This document shows positions 43,450 through 53,010 of a stretch of 64,000 nt of DNA, one piece after another. This stretch comes from an uncultured Armatimonadetes bacterium (GTDB lineage Bacteria; Armatimonadota; UBA5829; DTJY01). Under the pieces are notes generated by a model that ran no database searches, was not told where the DNA came from, and saw only the letters and a program-made list of their open reading frames with translations. Made by a program: the position numbers and the translations under genes. The DNA lies in the NCBI GenBank assembly GCA_963717145.1, contig OY970325.1:3200001-3264000 (forward strand), given 5' to 3'. Position 1 is the stretch's first letter. Each line of letters opens with the position of its first letter.

Positions 43450-43540
43450 CCCTCACCCCCGACCCCTCTCCCAGAGGGCGAGGGGGGTGGAACTCCGGCT
43501 GCTCCCCCTCGCCCTCTGGGAGAGGGGTCGGGGGTGAGGG
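43450..43540. repeat. REP-like palindrome, family D
   Basis: Same arms as 16-99. Confidence 0.9.
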
Positions 43541-43555
43541 CACGAGGTGCGTACG

Positions 43556-43597
43556 AAAAAAAGGCGGGGGACACCGGAGAGTAGTGTCCGCCCGCCT
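43556..43597 (-). terminator. Intrinsic terminator downstream of mraZ
   Basis: GC-rich stem AGGCGGG(C)GGACAC/GTGTCCCCCGCCT followed by a T-run on the minus strand. Confidence 0.7.
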
Positions 43598-43679
43598 ATC
43601 CTATTTCCGCCGGTGTGTGCTGAAGGGGGACACGGCAACCGGCGGGTGCTACGAACCAGTGGAAAGTCCAAAGTCTCCC

Positions 43680-44114
43680 CTATATCCACCCCAGATCGAG
43701 CGACTGACCCAGGTCCTGGATCACTTCATCGGTCAAGCTATTGTTGAATTCTTCCCATCTCGCGTTCGACCAGATCTCCAGACGAGTGCCCAATCCCACG
43801 ATCCAGATATCGGAATCGATGCCCGCGTAGGTCCGCAGGTTCTCCGGGATGCCGATCCGTCCCTGGCCGTCGGTCATGCATTCGACAGCCGACCCGAGGA
43901 AGAATCGCTCAAGCTTCAGGGCATCGCTGTCGAGCAGCGACCGAGGGGTCAGCTTCTTCTGGAACTCGGCCCAGTGCTGGTCGGCGAAGATCCAGAGGCA
44001 GCCGTGAAGTCCCCGGGTGACGTAGAAGCGCTCACCGAGCCTCACCCGGAACTTCGCAGGGATGACGGTTCGTCCCTTGTTATCGACAGAATGAAAGTGT
44101 GCCCCCGAGAACAA
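43680..44114 (-). CDS. mraZ: Transcriptional regulator MraZ
   Basis: FSG..HSVDNKGRTVIPAKFR, TRGLHGCL, DGQGRIGIP, GLGTRLEIW; probable TTG start after AGAGGGG. Confidence 0.93.
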   Translation of the reverse strand: MFSGAHFHSVDNKGRTVIPAKFRVRLGERFYVTRGLHGCLWIFADQHWAEFQKKLTPRSLLDSDALKLERFFLGSAVECMTDGQGRIGIPENLRTYAGIDSDIWIVGLGTRLEIWSNARWEEFNNSLTDEVIQDLGQSLDLGWI

Positions 44115-44135
44115 GACTGCCCCTCTACTCATGCT

Positions 44136-44195
44136 TGTCATTCTGAGCGAAGCGAAGAATCTCGCTGCAGGTTCTTCGCTTCGCTCAGAATGACA
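44136..44195. repeat. REP-like palindrome, family E
   Basis: TGTCATTCTGAGCGAAGCGAAGAA...TTCTTCGCTTCGCTCAGAATGACA. Confidence 0.88.
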
Positions 44196-44203
44196 GCGAC
44201 ATG

Positions 44204-44832
44204 CTAACCTATCGCGAATTGGTGCTCCGCGTCCGCCTCGATCCGAAATGCCAACTGCTTCTTCGAACGATTCCTGACGAGATTCACGTTCCGGACATCA
44301 TCGAACTTGCCCCTGTCGGCCTGGAGCAGAGAAATGACAAACTCCTTGTTGTTCCGCCCGCCGGATTCCGCCGTGCACGTGCCGCAGTAACCGCGAACGT
44401 CGATCCGCTCGCCATACTTGTCCGCGAAGCTCACGGTGACATCCGGGAAAGGCTCCGCTCGCCGACAGATGTCGCACCTCTGCACGGGAATCACCTTGCT
44501 GCCCGAATCCTTGCAGAGCTGGCGGACGATGTCGTAGATCAACTGATCGAACGATCGGTGCAGAATAACGAAGCCGAAGTTCGCCCTCAGCATCTGCTCG
44601 AGTTCGTCCAGAAGCAACTGGTCCTCGCTATATAGCTTTACGGCATAGGCGACGAGCTTGCCGCTGCACAACTGGACGCTGTCGAGCATCGGCTGGAATT
44701 GGTCGAACAAGCCGGCAGATCCCGCGCTTCCTCGTCGCTTCCGGCTTCGACAAGATAGACTCCCTTGAGTCCCCGTGGCTGCGACTCGACGCTGATCTGG
44801 CTAACAAACCTGTCGGATGTAATCTGTGGCAT
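44204..44832 (-). CDS. Hypothetical protein with two CxxC pairs, probable frameshift at ~44715
   Basis: ORFs 44638-44853 and 44204-44710 join; GGAG RBS before ATG 44832; CDIC...CGTC. Confidence 0.55.
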
Positions 44833-44940
44833 TTTGGCTTCCACTCCTACCATATCATTCCATGGCCGTGCGTTGGCCTACCACTATCCGCTACCGTCCG
44901 GGCAGAAGACGCCTGGATTCGGCTCTTTGTGGCATGATCT

Positions 44941-44996
44941 ACCACTTTCTACCACCATTCACCACTGATTATACCGCCGACCGATGGGGCCGTCAA
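44941..44996 (-). promoter_or_regulatory. Promoter plus MraZ box (3x GTGGT, 10-bp period)
   Basis: TTGACG-17 bp-TATAAT immediately followed by GTGGTgaatgGTGGTagaaaGTGGT. Confidence 0.85.
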
Positions 44997-45106
44997 CCAT
45001 CTGCGACGAAATAGTGTGTGAACTTTTCTGGTCGAAAACTGGTTGCGGCTGTCACAGGTTCGGAGCGAGGCGTCCCGTTCCCCGATGCCCTCCACGATAC
45101 GGCGCA

Positions 45107-45278
45107 GTAGGGGCGAACGCACCAAAACACACCGATGCTTCGGTAGCAGAGGCCCGGCGGCGTTGCCGAGGCATGTCACGACACCGTGGTGCTTCGGCAG
45201 CGCCGCCGGGCCTCTGCTACCGAAGCATCGTACTCCCGAGTCGAGACAACTAGATGCGTTCGCCCTGTTCGCCCCTAC
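45107..45278. repeat. Nested palindrome: GTAGGGGCGAAC outer arms around a 41-bp-arm inner hairpin (45133-45230)
   Basis: Inner arms CGATGCTTCGGTAGCAGAGGCCCGGCGGCG... and the reverse complement. Confidence 0.85.
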
Positions 45279-45358
45279 CGATCATTGACATGGGAGGGCT
45301 TTTTTGCGTATTCTGGTAGGCGAAGACTAAGAAATCCGCGACGACGAGGGGTATGTGA

Positions 45359-46174
45359 TTGCCTACCATCCGAGCAAAAGCCACGACCGTCGATTACTAT
45401 GAAGCCGGAACAGGCCTGCCGGTCATAATGATCCCCGGTATAACCGAGTTCAAAGAGGAGTTCGCATTCCAGTTCCATGGCCTGGCGGACAGCTACAGGA
45501 TCATCAGCTATGATCTGCGGCGAGGGCTCAAACGCGCCTCGGACTACACGCTGGATATGCTGGTAGAGGACCTCAGACGGTTCATGGCGGCGCTCGGGAT
45601 CGACGGCGCCGTGATATGCGGGCACTCGTTCGGCGGCTTGGTCGCGACGGAGTTCGCCCTTCAATACCCGGACCTGGCGAAGGCCCTAGTGCTCGTTTCC
45701 TCTTATGCCTCGATGCCGGACATTCCGCCGGATGAGTTCGTTGCAGCGACGTCGGCCGCCGGCCATCCGTTCCACAGGGGAATGGGCACGACGCTCCGGA
45801 TCCAGATGTCGCGCCTTCTCGGACGGAAGACGAGCGGCGCGCTGGCGATGGAGGATGAGGTCAGTGCCGTCCGGACGGTGGCGCGCCAGGCCGAGAAGAC
45901 ATCCAAGACGACGATATACGAGCGGCTGAAGATCATCAAGAAAACGAACCTGCGCGACCGCCTCCCGCTGCTCGAGATGCCGACCCTTGTGATTGCCGGG
46001 GCGAAGGACCGGTCCATGTTCCTGTCAAGCGCTCAGGAGTTATACCAGGGCATCCCGAATGCTTTCCTGGAGGTGCTCGAGGGGGGGTCGCACTTCTGCT
46101 TCCTCACGCGGCACGATCAGTTCAACACCGTCGTGGACGAGTTCCTGACGAGCCACCTCGCTGGGATGTCGTGA
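45359..46174 (+). CDS. Alpha/beta hydrolase
   Basis: YDLR, GHSFGG nucleophile elbow, GAKD, GSH. Confidence 0.85.
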   Translation: MPTIRAKATTVDYYEAGTGLPVIMIPGITEFKEEFAFQFHGLADSYRIISYDLRRGLKRASDYTLDMLVEDLRRFMAALGIDGAVICGHSFGGLVATEFALQYPDLAKALVLVSSYASMPDIPPDEFVAATSAAGHPFHRGMGTTLRIQMSRLLGRKTSGALAMEDEVSAVRTVARQAEKTSKTTIYERLKIIKKTNLRDRLPLLEMPTLVIAGAKDRSMFLSSAQELYQGIPNAFLEVLEGGSHFCFLTRHDQFNTVVDEFLTSHLAGMS

Positions 46175-46200
46175 TCTCTATGCATGCACGCGACGCCGTG

Positions 46201-46270
46201 GTAGGGGCGAAGCATTGGCTGCCGCACTCGCAAGGCGTTGGGTCATCGGAAGCCAATGCTTCGCCCCTAC
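46201..46270. repeat. REP-like palindrome, family B
   Basis: GTAGGGGCGAAGCATTGGCT...AGCCAATGCTTCGCCCCTAC. Confidence 0.9.
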
Positions 46271-46301
46271 AGCCGAGGCACGACATGATTGGTGACAAAC
46301 C

Positions 46302-47078
46302 GTGAACCCGATTGTCGACACCCACTGCCACCTCAACCATTCCGACCTCGCAGGCGACATCCCCGATGTTCTCCGACGCGCACAGGAAGCCGGCGTCGAG
46401 CGCATAGTTTGCGCCGGGTTCGATATGGAATCGAGCATTCAGGCCGTCAGCCAGGCCCAGGACTATCCGATGGTGTACGCGACGGTCGGCGTCCACCCGC
46501 ACGACGCGTCGAGGTTTCGGGACGACGACGAGGAGCGGCTGGTACAGCTCTGTCGGGAGAAGAAGGTCGTCGCAGTGGGAGAGACCGGCCTCGACTACCA
46601 CTACGACCTGTCGCCGAGGGAAACCCAGCAGCGAGTCTATCGCATGCACATCCGATTGGCGCACACAGTCGGCCTACCGATTGTGATACATGGCAGGGAA
46701 GCCGGCAATGACATCCTCGACATACTCGAGGCTGAGGGGATGCCCGAGCAGGGCGCGGTCCTCCACTGCTTCTCCGGCGACGCGGACATGGCCTCCCGGG
46801 CGTTAGGGATGGGATGCTACCTGGGGATCGCCGGGCCGATCACATTCCGAAACGCCGATGACTTCCGCGGAGTCGTCGAGGGGCTGCCACTCGACAGCCT
46901 GCTCGTCGAGACGGACGCGCCCTACCTGTCGCCGCATCCTCACCGGGGAAAGCGTAACGAGCCGGCATACGTGAGGCTTGTCGCGGAGAAGCTGGCCGAG
47001 GTAAGCGGCATCCCGCTCTCAGAGGTCGCCTCGATAACCACCTCGAACGCGCAACGTCTCTTTGGCCTCGGGACGTAA
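46302..47078 (+). CDS. tatD: TatD family deoxyribonuclease
   Basis: DTHCHL, GVHPH, GETGLDY, LHCFSG, ETDAPYL, RGKRNEP. Confidence 0.93.
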   Translation: MNPIVDTHCHLNHSDLAGDIPDVLRRAQEAGVERIVCAGFDMESSIQAVSQAQDYPMVYATVGVHPHDASRFRDDDEERLVQLCREKKVVAVGETGLDYHYDLSPRETQQRVYRMHIRLAHTVGLPIVIHGREAGNDILDILEAEGMPEQGAVLHCFSGDADMASRALGMGCYLGIAGPITFRNADDFRGVVEGLPLDSLLVETDAPYLSPHPHRGKRNEPAYVRLVAEKLAEVSGIPLSEVASITTSNAQRLFGLGT

Positions 47079-47118
47079 TGGCCCGTCTGCCATGATCTGT
47101 TACAGGATCATCCGGGAA

Positions 47119-47319
47119 TCAGTAAGATCGTTCGTATTCCCGCTCTTGCGACTGTCCCGCACCGGCCCCAGAGCGCTCTTTCTTCCGCGCCTGGCGACAA
47201 GGCGAGCATCGAACGGGCTCATTCTGAAAGCCCTTCTGAGTGTAGAATTCCTGCTCACCTGTTGAGAAGACGAAATCCTGTCCGCATTCCTTGCACTTGA
47301 GGTTCTTGTCCTCCGGCAT
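47119..47319 (-). CDS. Small zinc-ribbon protein
   Basis: CKECGQDFVFSTGEQEFY..KGF.NEP.RCSPCR; GGAGG RBS. Confidence 0.85.
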   Translation of the reverse strand: MPEDKNLKCKECGQDFVFSTGEQEFYTQKGFQNEPVRCSPCRQARKKERSGAGAGQSQEREYERSY

Positions 47320-47438
47320 ATGATCCAGTCCTCCTGCTGTGACTTGGCTGAGATTTGCCATGCTCGTATACCCAGATCGGTTCGCTCCGCAATCAGACGC
47401 GGCCTCTCATCCCGAGTCCCGTTCGTAACAACGCCCTT

Positions 47439-47553
47439 ACCGTCAGTCCTGAGTTCGCCGGTGAATGACGGCGTGTAACGAAGGACGGCTCGGTGCAGTA
47501 AGGCCGTCCTTCGTTACACGCCGTCATTCACCGGCGAACTCAGGACTGACGGT
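47439..47553. repeat. Perfect 51-bp inverted repeat with 13-nt loop
   Basis: 47439-47489 is the exact reverse complement of 47503-47553. Confidence 0.95.
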
Positions 47554-47654
47554 GTGGTTTGCATAACGGTATTCCGGGATCTCAGGGATCGTTGACTCGC
47601 TCCATCCGGCTGGGGTACAATTGCACTAACATCTCAGGCGAGTGAGGGACAGAA

Positions 47655-48605
47655 TTGTCAACGCGCACCATCACAATCAACCCGTTTCAGCCCGGCGATC
47701 TCGGCGGCGTCGTCAGCCTCCTGAACCGCGAGATGACCGCCGATCCGACGACCAGCGCGAACTTCCAGCGAAGGGTGCTCCTCGACCTCAACTTTAGTCC
47801 GGCGGGCGCTCCCGTGGCGAAGGACGGCGACAGGATCGTCGGATTCATGTGCGGCATGGTCCGCACCTACCTCATGGAGGACCAGACGCCGGACACCGAC
47901 CGCGGCTTCATCACATTGCTCGCGGTCGATCGCGATCATCGCCGCCGGGGGATCGGCACACGGCTCTGGGAGCAGGTCAAGTCGTACTTCAGCGACCGTG
48001 GCGCCAAGGCGGCCGTCGTCGGAACGTTTGCGCCGAACTACTTCGTCCCGGGCGTCGATCAGGTGGCCTATGCGGGGGCGATCGAGTTCTTCAAGAAGCA
48101 GGGCTTCACAGTGCCGGTCACGGTTCTCAGCATGGATTCGAACCTGCTGGAGCTTAGGACGCCGGATTGGATCGTGGAGAAGGAAGCCAAGCTGGTGTCG
48201 GAGGGCCTGACCTTCGAGACCTTCAGGCCGGAGCACACTCTCCCTCTGCTCGATCATCTGCGCGAGTGCTTCCCGGGCGACTGGCAGCGTTACCTGCGCG
48301 AGTCGATGGTGCGCAAGACGATGGGGCAGTTCGAGCGCGGCGAGATTTACGTGGCGACGCACGAGGGCAGATGCCTCGGGTTCTGCCAGCACGAGAACGA
48401 GCGGTTCGGGCCGTTCGGTGTCGATGACAAGGAACGCGGGCGCGGGATCGGCGCGGTACTGCTCCTGAAATGCCTGCACGGCATGAAGGCGCTCGCGATC
48501 CACGATGCCTGGTTCATGTCCACGACGGATGACGCCGCGAAGGTATACATCCACGGCGGCTTCCGTGAGACCCGCCGCCACGCCGTGATGAAGGTGGCAC
48601 TATAG
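47655..48605 (+). CDS. Tandem GNAT N-acetyltransferase
   Basis: Two acetyl-CoA motifs RRRGIG and RGRGIG; upstream TTGACT-18-TACAAT promoter-like sequence. Confidence 0.85.
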   Translation: MSTRTITINPFQPGDLGGVVSLLNREMTADPTTSANFQRRVLLDLNFSPAGAPVAKDGDRIVGFMCGMVRTYLMEDQTPDTDRGFITLLAVDRDHRRRGIGTRLWEQVKSYFSDRGAKAAVVGTFAPNYFVPGVDQVAYAGAIEFFKKQGFTVPVTVLSMDSNLLELRTPDWIVEKEAKLVSEGLTFETFRPEHTLPLLDHLRECFPGDWQRYLRESMVRKTMGQFERGEIYVATHEGRCLGFCQHENERFGPFGVDDKERGRGIGAVLLLKCLHGMKALAIHDAWFMSTTDDAAKVYIHGGFRETRRHAVMKVAL

Positions 48606-48726
48606 AACACAGATCACACAGATAGCAGAGGATGGAACGGATGATTTCTCTTTCCTGACAGTCTGCCAAGATCATCCCTGTTCATCCTCCGCCATTTGTG
48701 CCATCTGTGTTCGAAGGAGAGGTACC

Positions 48727-49431
48727 ATGGCTGACAAGGTTGATATTCTGGCGATCGGTGGACATGCGGGGGATGCGGAGATCTCCGCGGGGATGGCGCT
48801 CTGTCATCACGTGAACCAGGGCAAGAAGGTCGCGATGCTTCACATGACGCCCGGCGAGAAGGGGCATCCCAAGATGACCCCGGAGCGCTATGCCGAGCTG
48901 AAGCACACCGAGGCCGAGTACGCCGCGAAGGCGATCGGCGCGAAACCATACTTCCTCCCCTACCTCGACGGCGAGCTTCCGGTCAGCGAGGAGGTCAAGT
49001 TCGCCATCTGTGACGTTATCCGAGAGTGCAAGCCGAGCGTGATCCTGACCCACTGGATCAAGAGCATCCACAAGGACCACATCAACACTGCGCTCAACGT
49101 CCCCGACGCGCAGTTCTACGCCGGGATCGCCGGCTTCACGCGCAAAGAACCCGCTCACTGGGCCGGGACCCTCTACTACGCCGAGAACTGGGAGGATCGC
49201 GAGGACTTCGTGCCCGAACTGTACGTCGAGGTCACCACGGAGGACATCAAGCTCTGGGAGGACATGGTGTCGAAGTACGCACTCTTCCGCGGGGAGGTCG
49301 TCAAGTTTCCCTACGTGGATTATTACAAGGCGCTCGCGCGGGTGAGAGGCCCGGAGGTCGGCTACGAGTACGCAACGGCCTTTGCGCTCCCACCGGGCGC
49401 ACATCGCCGGAAGGTCAGCTCATTCTTTTGA
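48727..49431 (+). CDS. PIG-L family deacetylase
   Basis: AIGGHAGDAE, TPGEKG, HKDH. Confidence 0.85.
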   Translation: MADKVDILAIGGHAGDAEISAGMALCHHVNQGKKVAMLHMTPGEKGHPKMTPERYAELKHTEAEYAAKAIGAKPYFLPYLDGELPVSEEVKFAICDVIRECKPSVILTHWIKSIHKDHINTALNVPDAQFYAGIAGFTRKEPAHWAGTLYYAENWEDREDFVPELYVEVTTEDIKLWEDMVSKYALFRGEVVKFPYVDYYKALARVRGPEVGYEYATAFALPPGAHRRKVSSFF

Positions 49432-49518
49432 GTTATCAGTCATCAGTTTTCAGTTATCAGTGAAAGCCTTGAGTCCCGACTGAGAACTGAGTACTGACAA
49501 CTGAGAACTAGGAAACCC

Positions 49519-50614
49519 ATGAAAGTATACGTCGCAGCAACGAGACAGAACGACGGGAAGACGATCGCGTCAGCTCGGCCTGATCGCCGCCATGATCGGG
49601 AGGAACGTCCGAGTCGGCTACATCAAGCCGGTTGGGCAGCACTACGTCCGGATCGACGGCTGCAAGATCGACGAGGACGCGATCCTCATGAAAGAGACAT
49701 ACCACCTGGAGAGCGATCACTGCGATATGTCGCCGATCGCCGTCCCGCGAGGGTTCACCGAGGACTACATCAACGAGCCGAACCGGGATGCGCTCGTTCG
49801 CAAGATCAGCGATGCCTATGCCCGAGTCTCAGAGGGACAGGAGTTCACTCTGATCGAGGGCACCGGACATGCCGGCGTGGGCTCCGTTTTCGACATGTCC
49901 AATGCAGATGTCGCCAAACTCCTGGGCGCCAAGGTCATCCTCGTTTCGGCCGGCGGTGTCGGGAAGCCGATAGACGAGATCATGCTCAACATGGCGCTCT
50001 TCAACCAGGTCGGCGTCGAGGTCCTCGGCGTGATCGTGAACAAGCTCGACAAGGAGAAGTACGACAAGATAGCGCCTATCGTCACCAAGGGCCTCGCGCG
50101 GAAGGGACTCGAGGTCCTCGGAGTGATGCCGTACAACCCTGTGCTCTCCAACCCAACGATGGAGCAGTTGTTGGAGGATATGGAGGGCGAGTTGATCACA
50201 GGGCAGGGAGGGCTGAAGAACACCGTAGGCAATATCGCCATCGGCGCCATGTCCCCTCATGAGGCGCTCGACTACATCGGTAAGGACACGCTGCTCATCA
50301 CCCCGGCAACGAGGGAAGACCTGATCCTTGCGTCGATGGGGGCATGCTTGATGGACCTGGAGAACGAACGATGCGTCTCGGGGATAGTGCTCACGGGAGC
50401 CGCCAGTCCACATCCCAAGATAATGAGCCTGATCGAGCGCGCTCAGATACCGGTCATACGCGTGTCGCAGGACACATTCACCGCGGCATCGAAGATCAAC
50501 GGCCTGATGGTCAAGATACGACCCGGCGACGACGAAAAGATCGCCGCAGCCGAGCGACTCGTCGCTGATTACGTGAACATGGACCGCGTGATGGAACTGC
50601 TCCAGCAGACATAA
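49519..50614 (+). CDS. BioD-like P-loop + DRTGG protein (paralog of 16164-17270), frameshift at ~49575
   Basis: VAATRQNDGKT in one frame; GYIKPVGQ, IEGTGHAGVGSVF, TREDL in the next. Confidence 0.8.
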
Positions 50615-50843
50615 GGGAGCGGGGACGAAGACGTTCGGGCTGGAGTTGCACTCCAGCCCGCCGAACAGATCAGGGAGTTGAACTCCCCCGGTAGTCTGCC
50701 GGGAGGGAGTACAACTCCCTCCCGAACGCTGTCGGAGATCCCCCGACGACGGGAGTCGTCAGGGGATCGCTATGACGCAAAAGGGGTCGCCGAATCTCGA
50801 CGACCCCCTCATCAATCATTCCCCATCAGCCATCAACCATTCC

Positions 50844-51908
50844 CTACCCCTTGACCCCCGAGATCACCACGCCCTGGATGAAGTACTTCTGCGCGCAGAA
50901 GAAGAGCGTCAGGAGCGGAAGCATCACAACAGTCGCCGCCGCCATGAGTAGGTGCCAATCCGTCGCGTGCTCGCCCTGGAACGACCAGAGCGCGAGGGCC
51001 AGTGTCCGCTTCGCGGGATCGCTGAGGTAGATCAACGGGCCGAGGAAATCGTTCCAGTGCGCCATGAACGAGAAGATCGCGACCGTCGCCAGCGCCGGCC
51101 TGGCTTGAGGCAGAATGACCTTCGTGAACGTGCCGAACGTCCCCGCGCCGTCGATCTTTGCCGCTTCGTCCATCTCGATCGGGATCGTCATGTAGTACTG
51201 GCGCAGTAGGAAGATGAAGAAGACGCCTCCTCCGAAGAATGACGGCACCGTGAGCGGATAGAAAGTGTCGTACCAGCCGATGCTCGTGAAGATCTTGAAG
51301 ATTGGGATCAAAGTCACCTGCGGGGGCAGCATGATCGTCGAGAGCAGCAGAATAAAGAGCGCGTCGCGACCGGGGAACCGCATCCGCGCGAACCCGAAGG
51401 CCACTATCGACGCGGACATGATCTGGCCGATCATGCAGATGAACGTAATGATGCAGGTATTCTTCAGGCAGTTCATGAAGTTCATGAACTCGAGCGCGGC
51501 GGGGTAGTTGGCCCACACGGGAGCGATCTTCCGCACCTCTGTCAGGTCGGTCTTGTTGATGGTGACTTCCCTCTTGCCGCCGATCGTCCCCTTCAGAGCG
51601 CGCGCGACCGTGGTTTCCTCCTCCGCCTTCAGTTCGGCGGTGACCTCAACCCGGCGATTGCCGTCCTTCAGAGTGAATACGGGGAGTTCCTTGCCGCCAA
51701 CCTTCGTCTTGATCTGCTGACTCGGCAGCCATTCGGGCGGGCTCTTGAAGATCATCGCCGCTTCCTTGAGCGAACTCGACACCATCCAGTAGAAGGGGAT
51801 GAGTATGAGGCATGAGCCCGTGATCAGCAAGAAATAGCTAATGATGCTGGCGATGAGCTTCGACGTGCTCTTCTTACGTATCTTCTCTTCTCGTACCGCA
51901 GTTGCCAT
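50844..51908 (-). CDS. Carbohydrate ABC transporter permease (MalG-like) with extracytoplasmic insertion
   Basis: EAAKIDGA EAA loop, WNDFLGPLIYL, QKYFIQG. Confidence 0.92.
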   Translation of the reverse strand: MATAVREEKIRKKSTSKLIASIISYFLLITGSCLILIPFYWMVSSSLKEAAMIFKSPPEWLPSQQIKTKVGGKELPVFTLKDGNRRVEVTAELKAEEETTVARALKGTIGGKREVTINKTDLTEVRKIAPVWANYPAALEFMNFMNCLKNTCIITFICMIGQIMSASIVAFGFARMRFPGRDALFILLLSTIMLPPQVTLIPIFKIFTSIGWYDTFYPLTVPSFFGGGVFFIFLLRQYYMTIPIEMDEAAKIDGAGTFGTFTKVILPQARPALATVAIFSFMAHWNDFLGPLIYLSDPAKRTLALALWSFQGEHATDWHLLMAAATVVMLPLLTLFFCAQKYFIQGVVISGVKG

Positions 51909-51953
51909 ATCGGTTTCCTCTTTGTACTTTGTACTTCCCGGCTTTGTACTTGC

Positions 51954-52922
51954 CTACCGTCTGCCCTTCACCTCGGCCTCGTAGTAGACCCACATGGACG
52001 AGGTCTTGAAGATCAACAGTGTGCAGATCAGTATCACGATGAACAGTATCCAGGCCATCGAGGCCGCGTAGCCCATCTGGAAGTACTGGAACGCTTTCTG
52101 GTACAGGTAGAGCAGGTAGAACAGGGTCGCGTATGCCGGTCCGCCCTGCGTCATGACGAATGATGACGTGAAGACCTGGAAACTGCCGATGACGCCCATC
52201 ACCAGGTTGAAGAAGATCGTCGGCGAGATCATCGGGATCGTGATCTTGAGGAACTTCTGGATCGGGTTCGCGCCGTCGATCTCCGCCGCCTCGTAAAGCT
52301 GGGTCGGGATGCCCTGAAGTCCCGCAAGGTAGATGATCATTCCGCCGCCGATGCCCCACAGGCTCATGAGAATGAAAGCGGGGAGCGCCCACTGCGGATC
52401 CGCAAGCCACGCGGGCGGTTGATTGACCAGAGCGATCTTGTCTATGCTCAACCCGTCGTGAAAATGCAGCATCGGCCAGATCGGGGAGCTGAGGAAGACG
52501 TTCAGGATGCCGTTCTCGGGGTTGAATATCCAGCGCCAGACCATCGCAACTGCGATGCCGGGGAGGACCGCCGGGATGTAGAAGATCGTCCGAAACCAGG
52601 TCATGCCCTTGACGTTCTGGTTGAGCAGCATCGCGACCAACAGCGAGCCGACCAGTCCCATCGGGAGCGCGAACATCGCGTAGGTGATCGTGACCTTGAG
52701 CGCCTGGATGAACCGGAAGTCGTGGAAGAGCGCCTGCTGGTAGTTCGCGAGGCCCACGAACTTCGGCGCGTTGATGATGTCCCAGTCGCACATGCTTATG
52801 TAGATAGAGAACAGCATCGGCCCGAGTGTGAAACACGTGAAGCCGATCAGCCACGGGGCTATGCAGAGGAACCCTTCGATGGACTCCTTCCGCGCCATCC
52901 TGCTCATCTTCTTTTTTGCCAT
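51954..52922 (-). CDS. Carbohydrate ABC transporter permease (MalF-like)
   Basis: FVGLANY, YLAGLQGIP, LYEAAEIDGA, MGYAASMAW. Confidence 0.93.
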   Translation of the reverse strand: MAKKKMSRMARKESIEGFLCIAPWLIGFTCFTLGPMLFSIYISMCDWDIINAPKFVGLANYQQALFHDFRFIQALKVTITYAMFALPMGLVGSLLVAMLLNQNVKGMTWFRTIFYIPAVLPGIAVAMVWRWIFNPENGILNVFLSSPIWPMLHFHDGLSIDKIALVNQPPAWLADPQWALPAFILMSLWGIGGGMIIYLAGLQGIPTQLYEAAEIDGANPIQKFLKITIPMISPTIFFNLVMGVIGSFQVFTSSFVMTQGGPAYATLFYLLYLYQKAFQYFQMGYAASMAWILFIVILICTLLIFKTSSMWVYYEAEVKGRR

Positions 52923-53010
52923 AACGTACTCCTCGGAAAATTCGAAATTCGAAATTCGAAATTCGAAAACCGGATTTCGAATTTCGTGCTTCGTATTTCG
53001 AATTTCGCGT

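Noticed and set aside
47400-47590. 6S RNA or other known ncRNA
   Set aside because: A perfect uninterrupted stem lacks the central bubble of 6S; a related monomer at 8579 points to a repeat family
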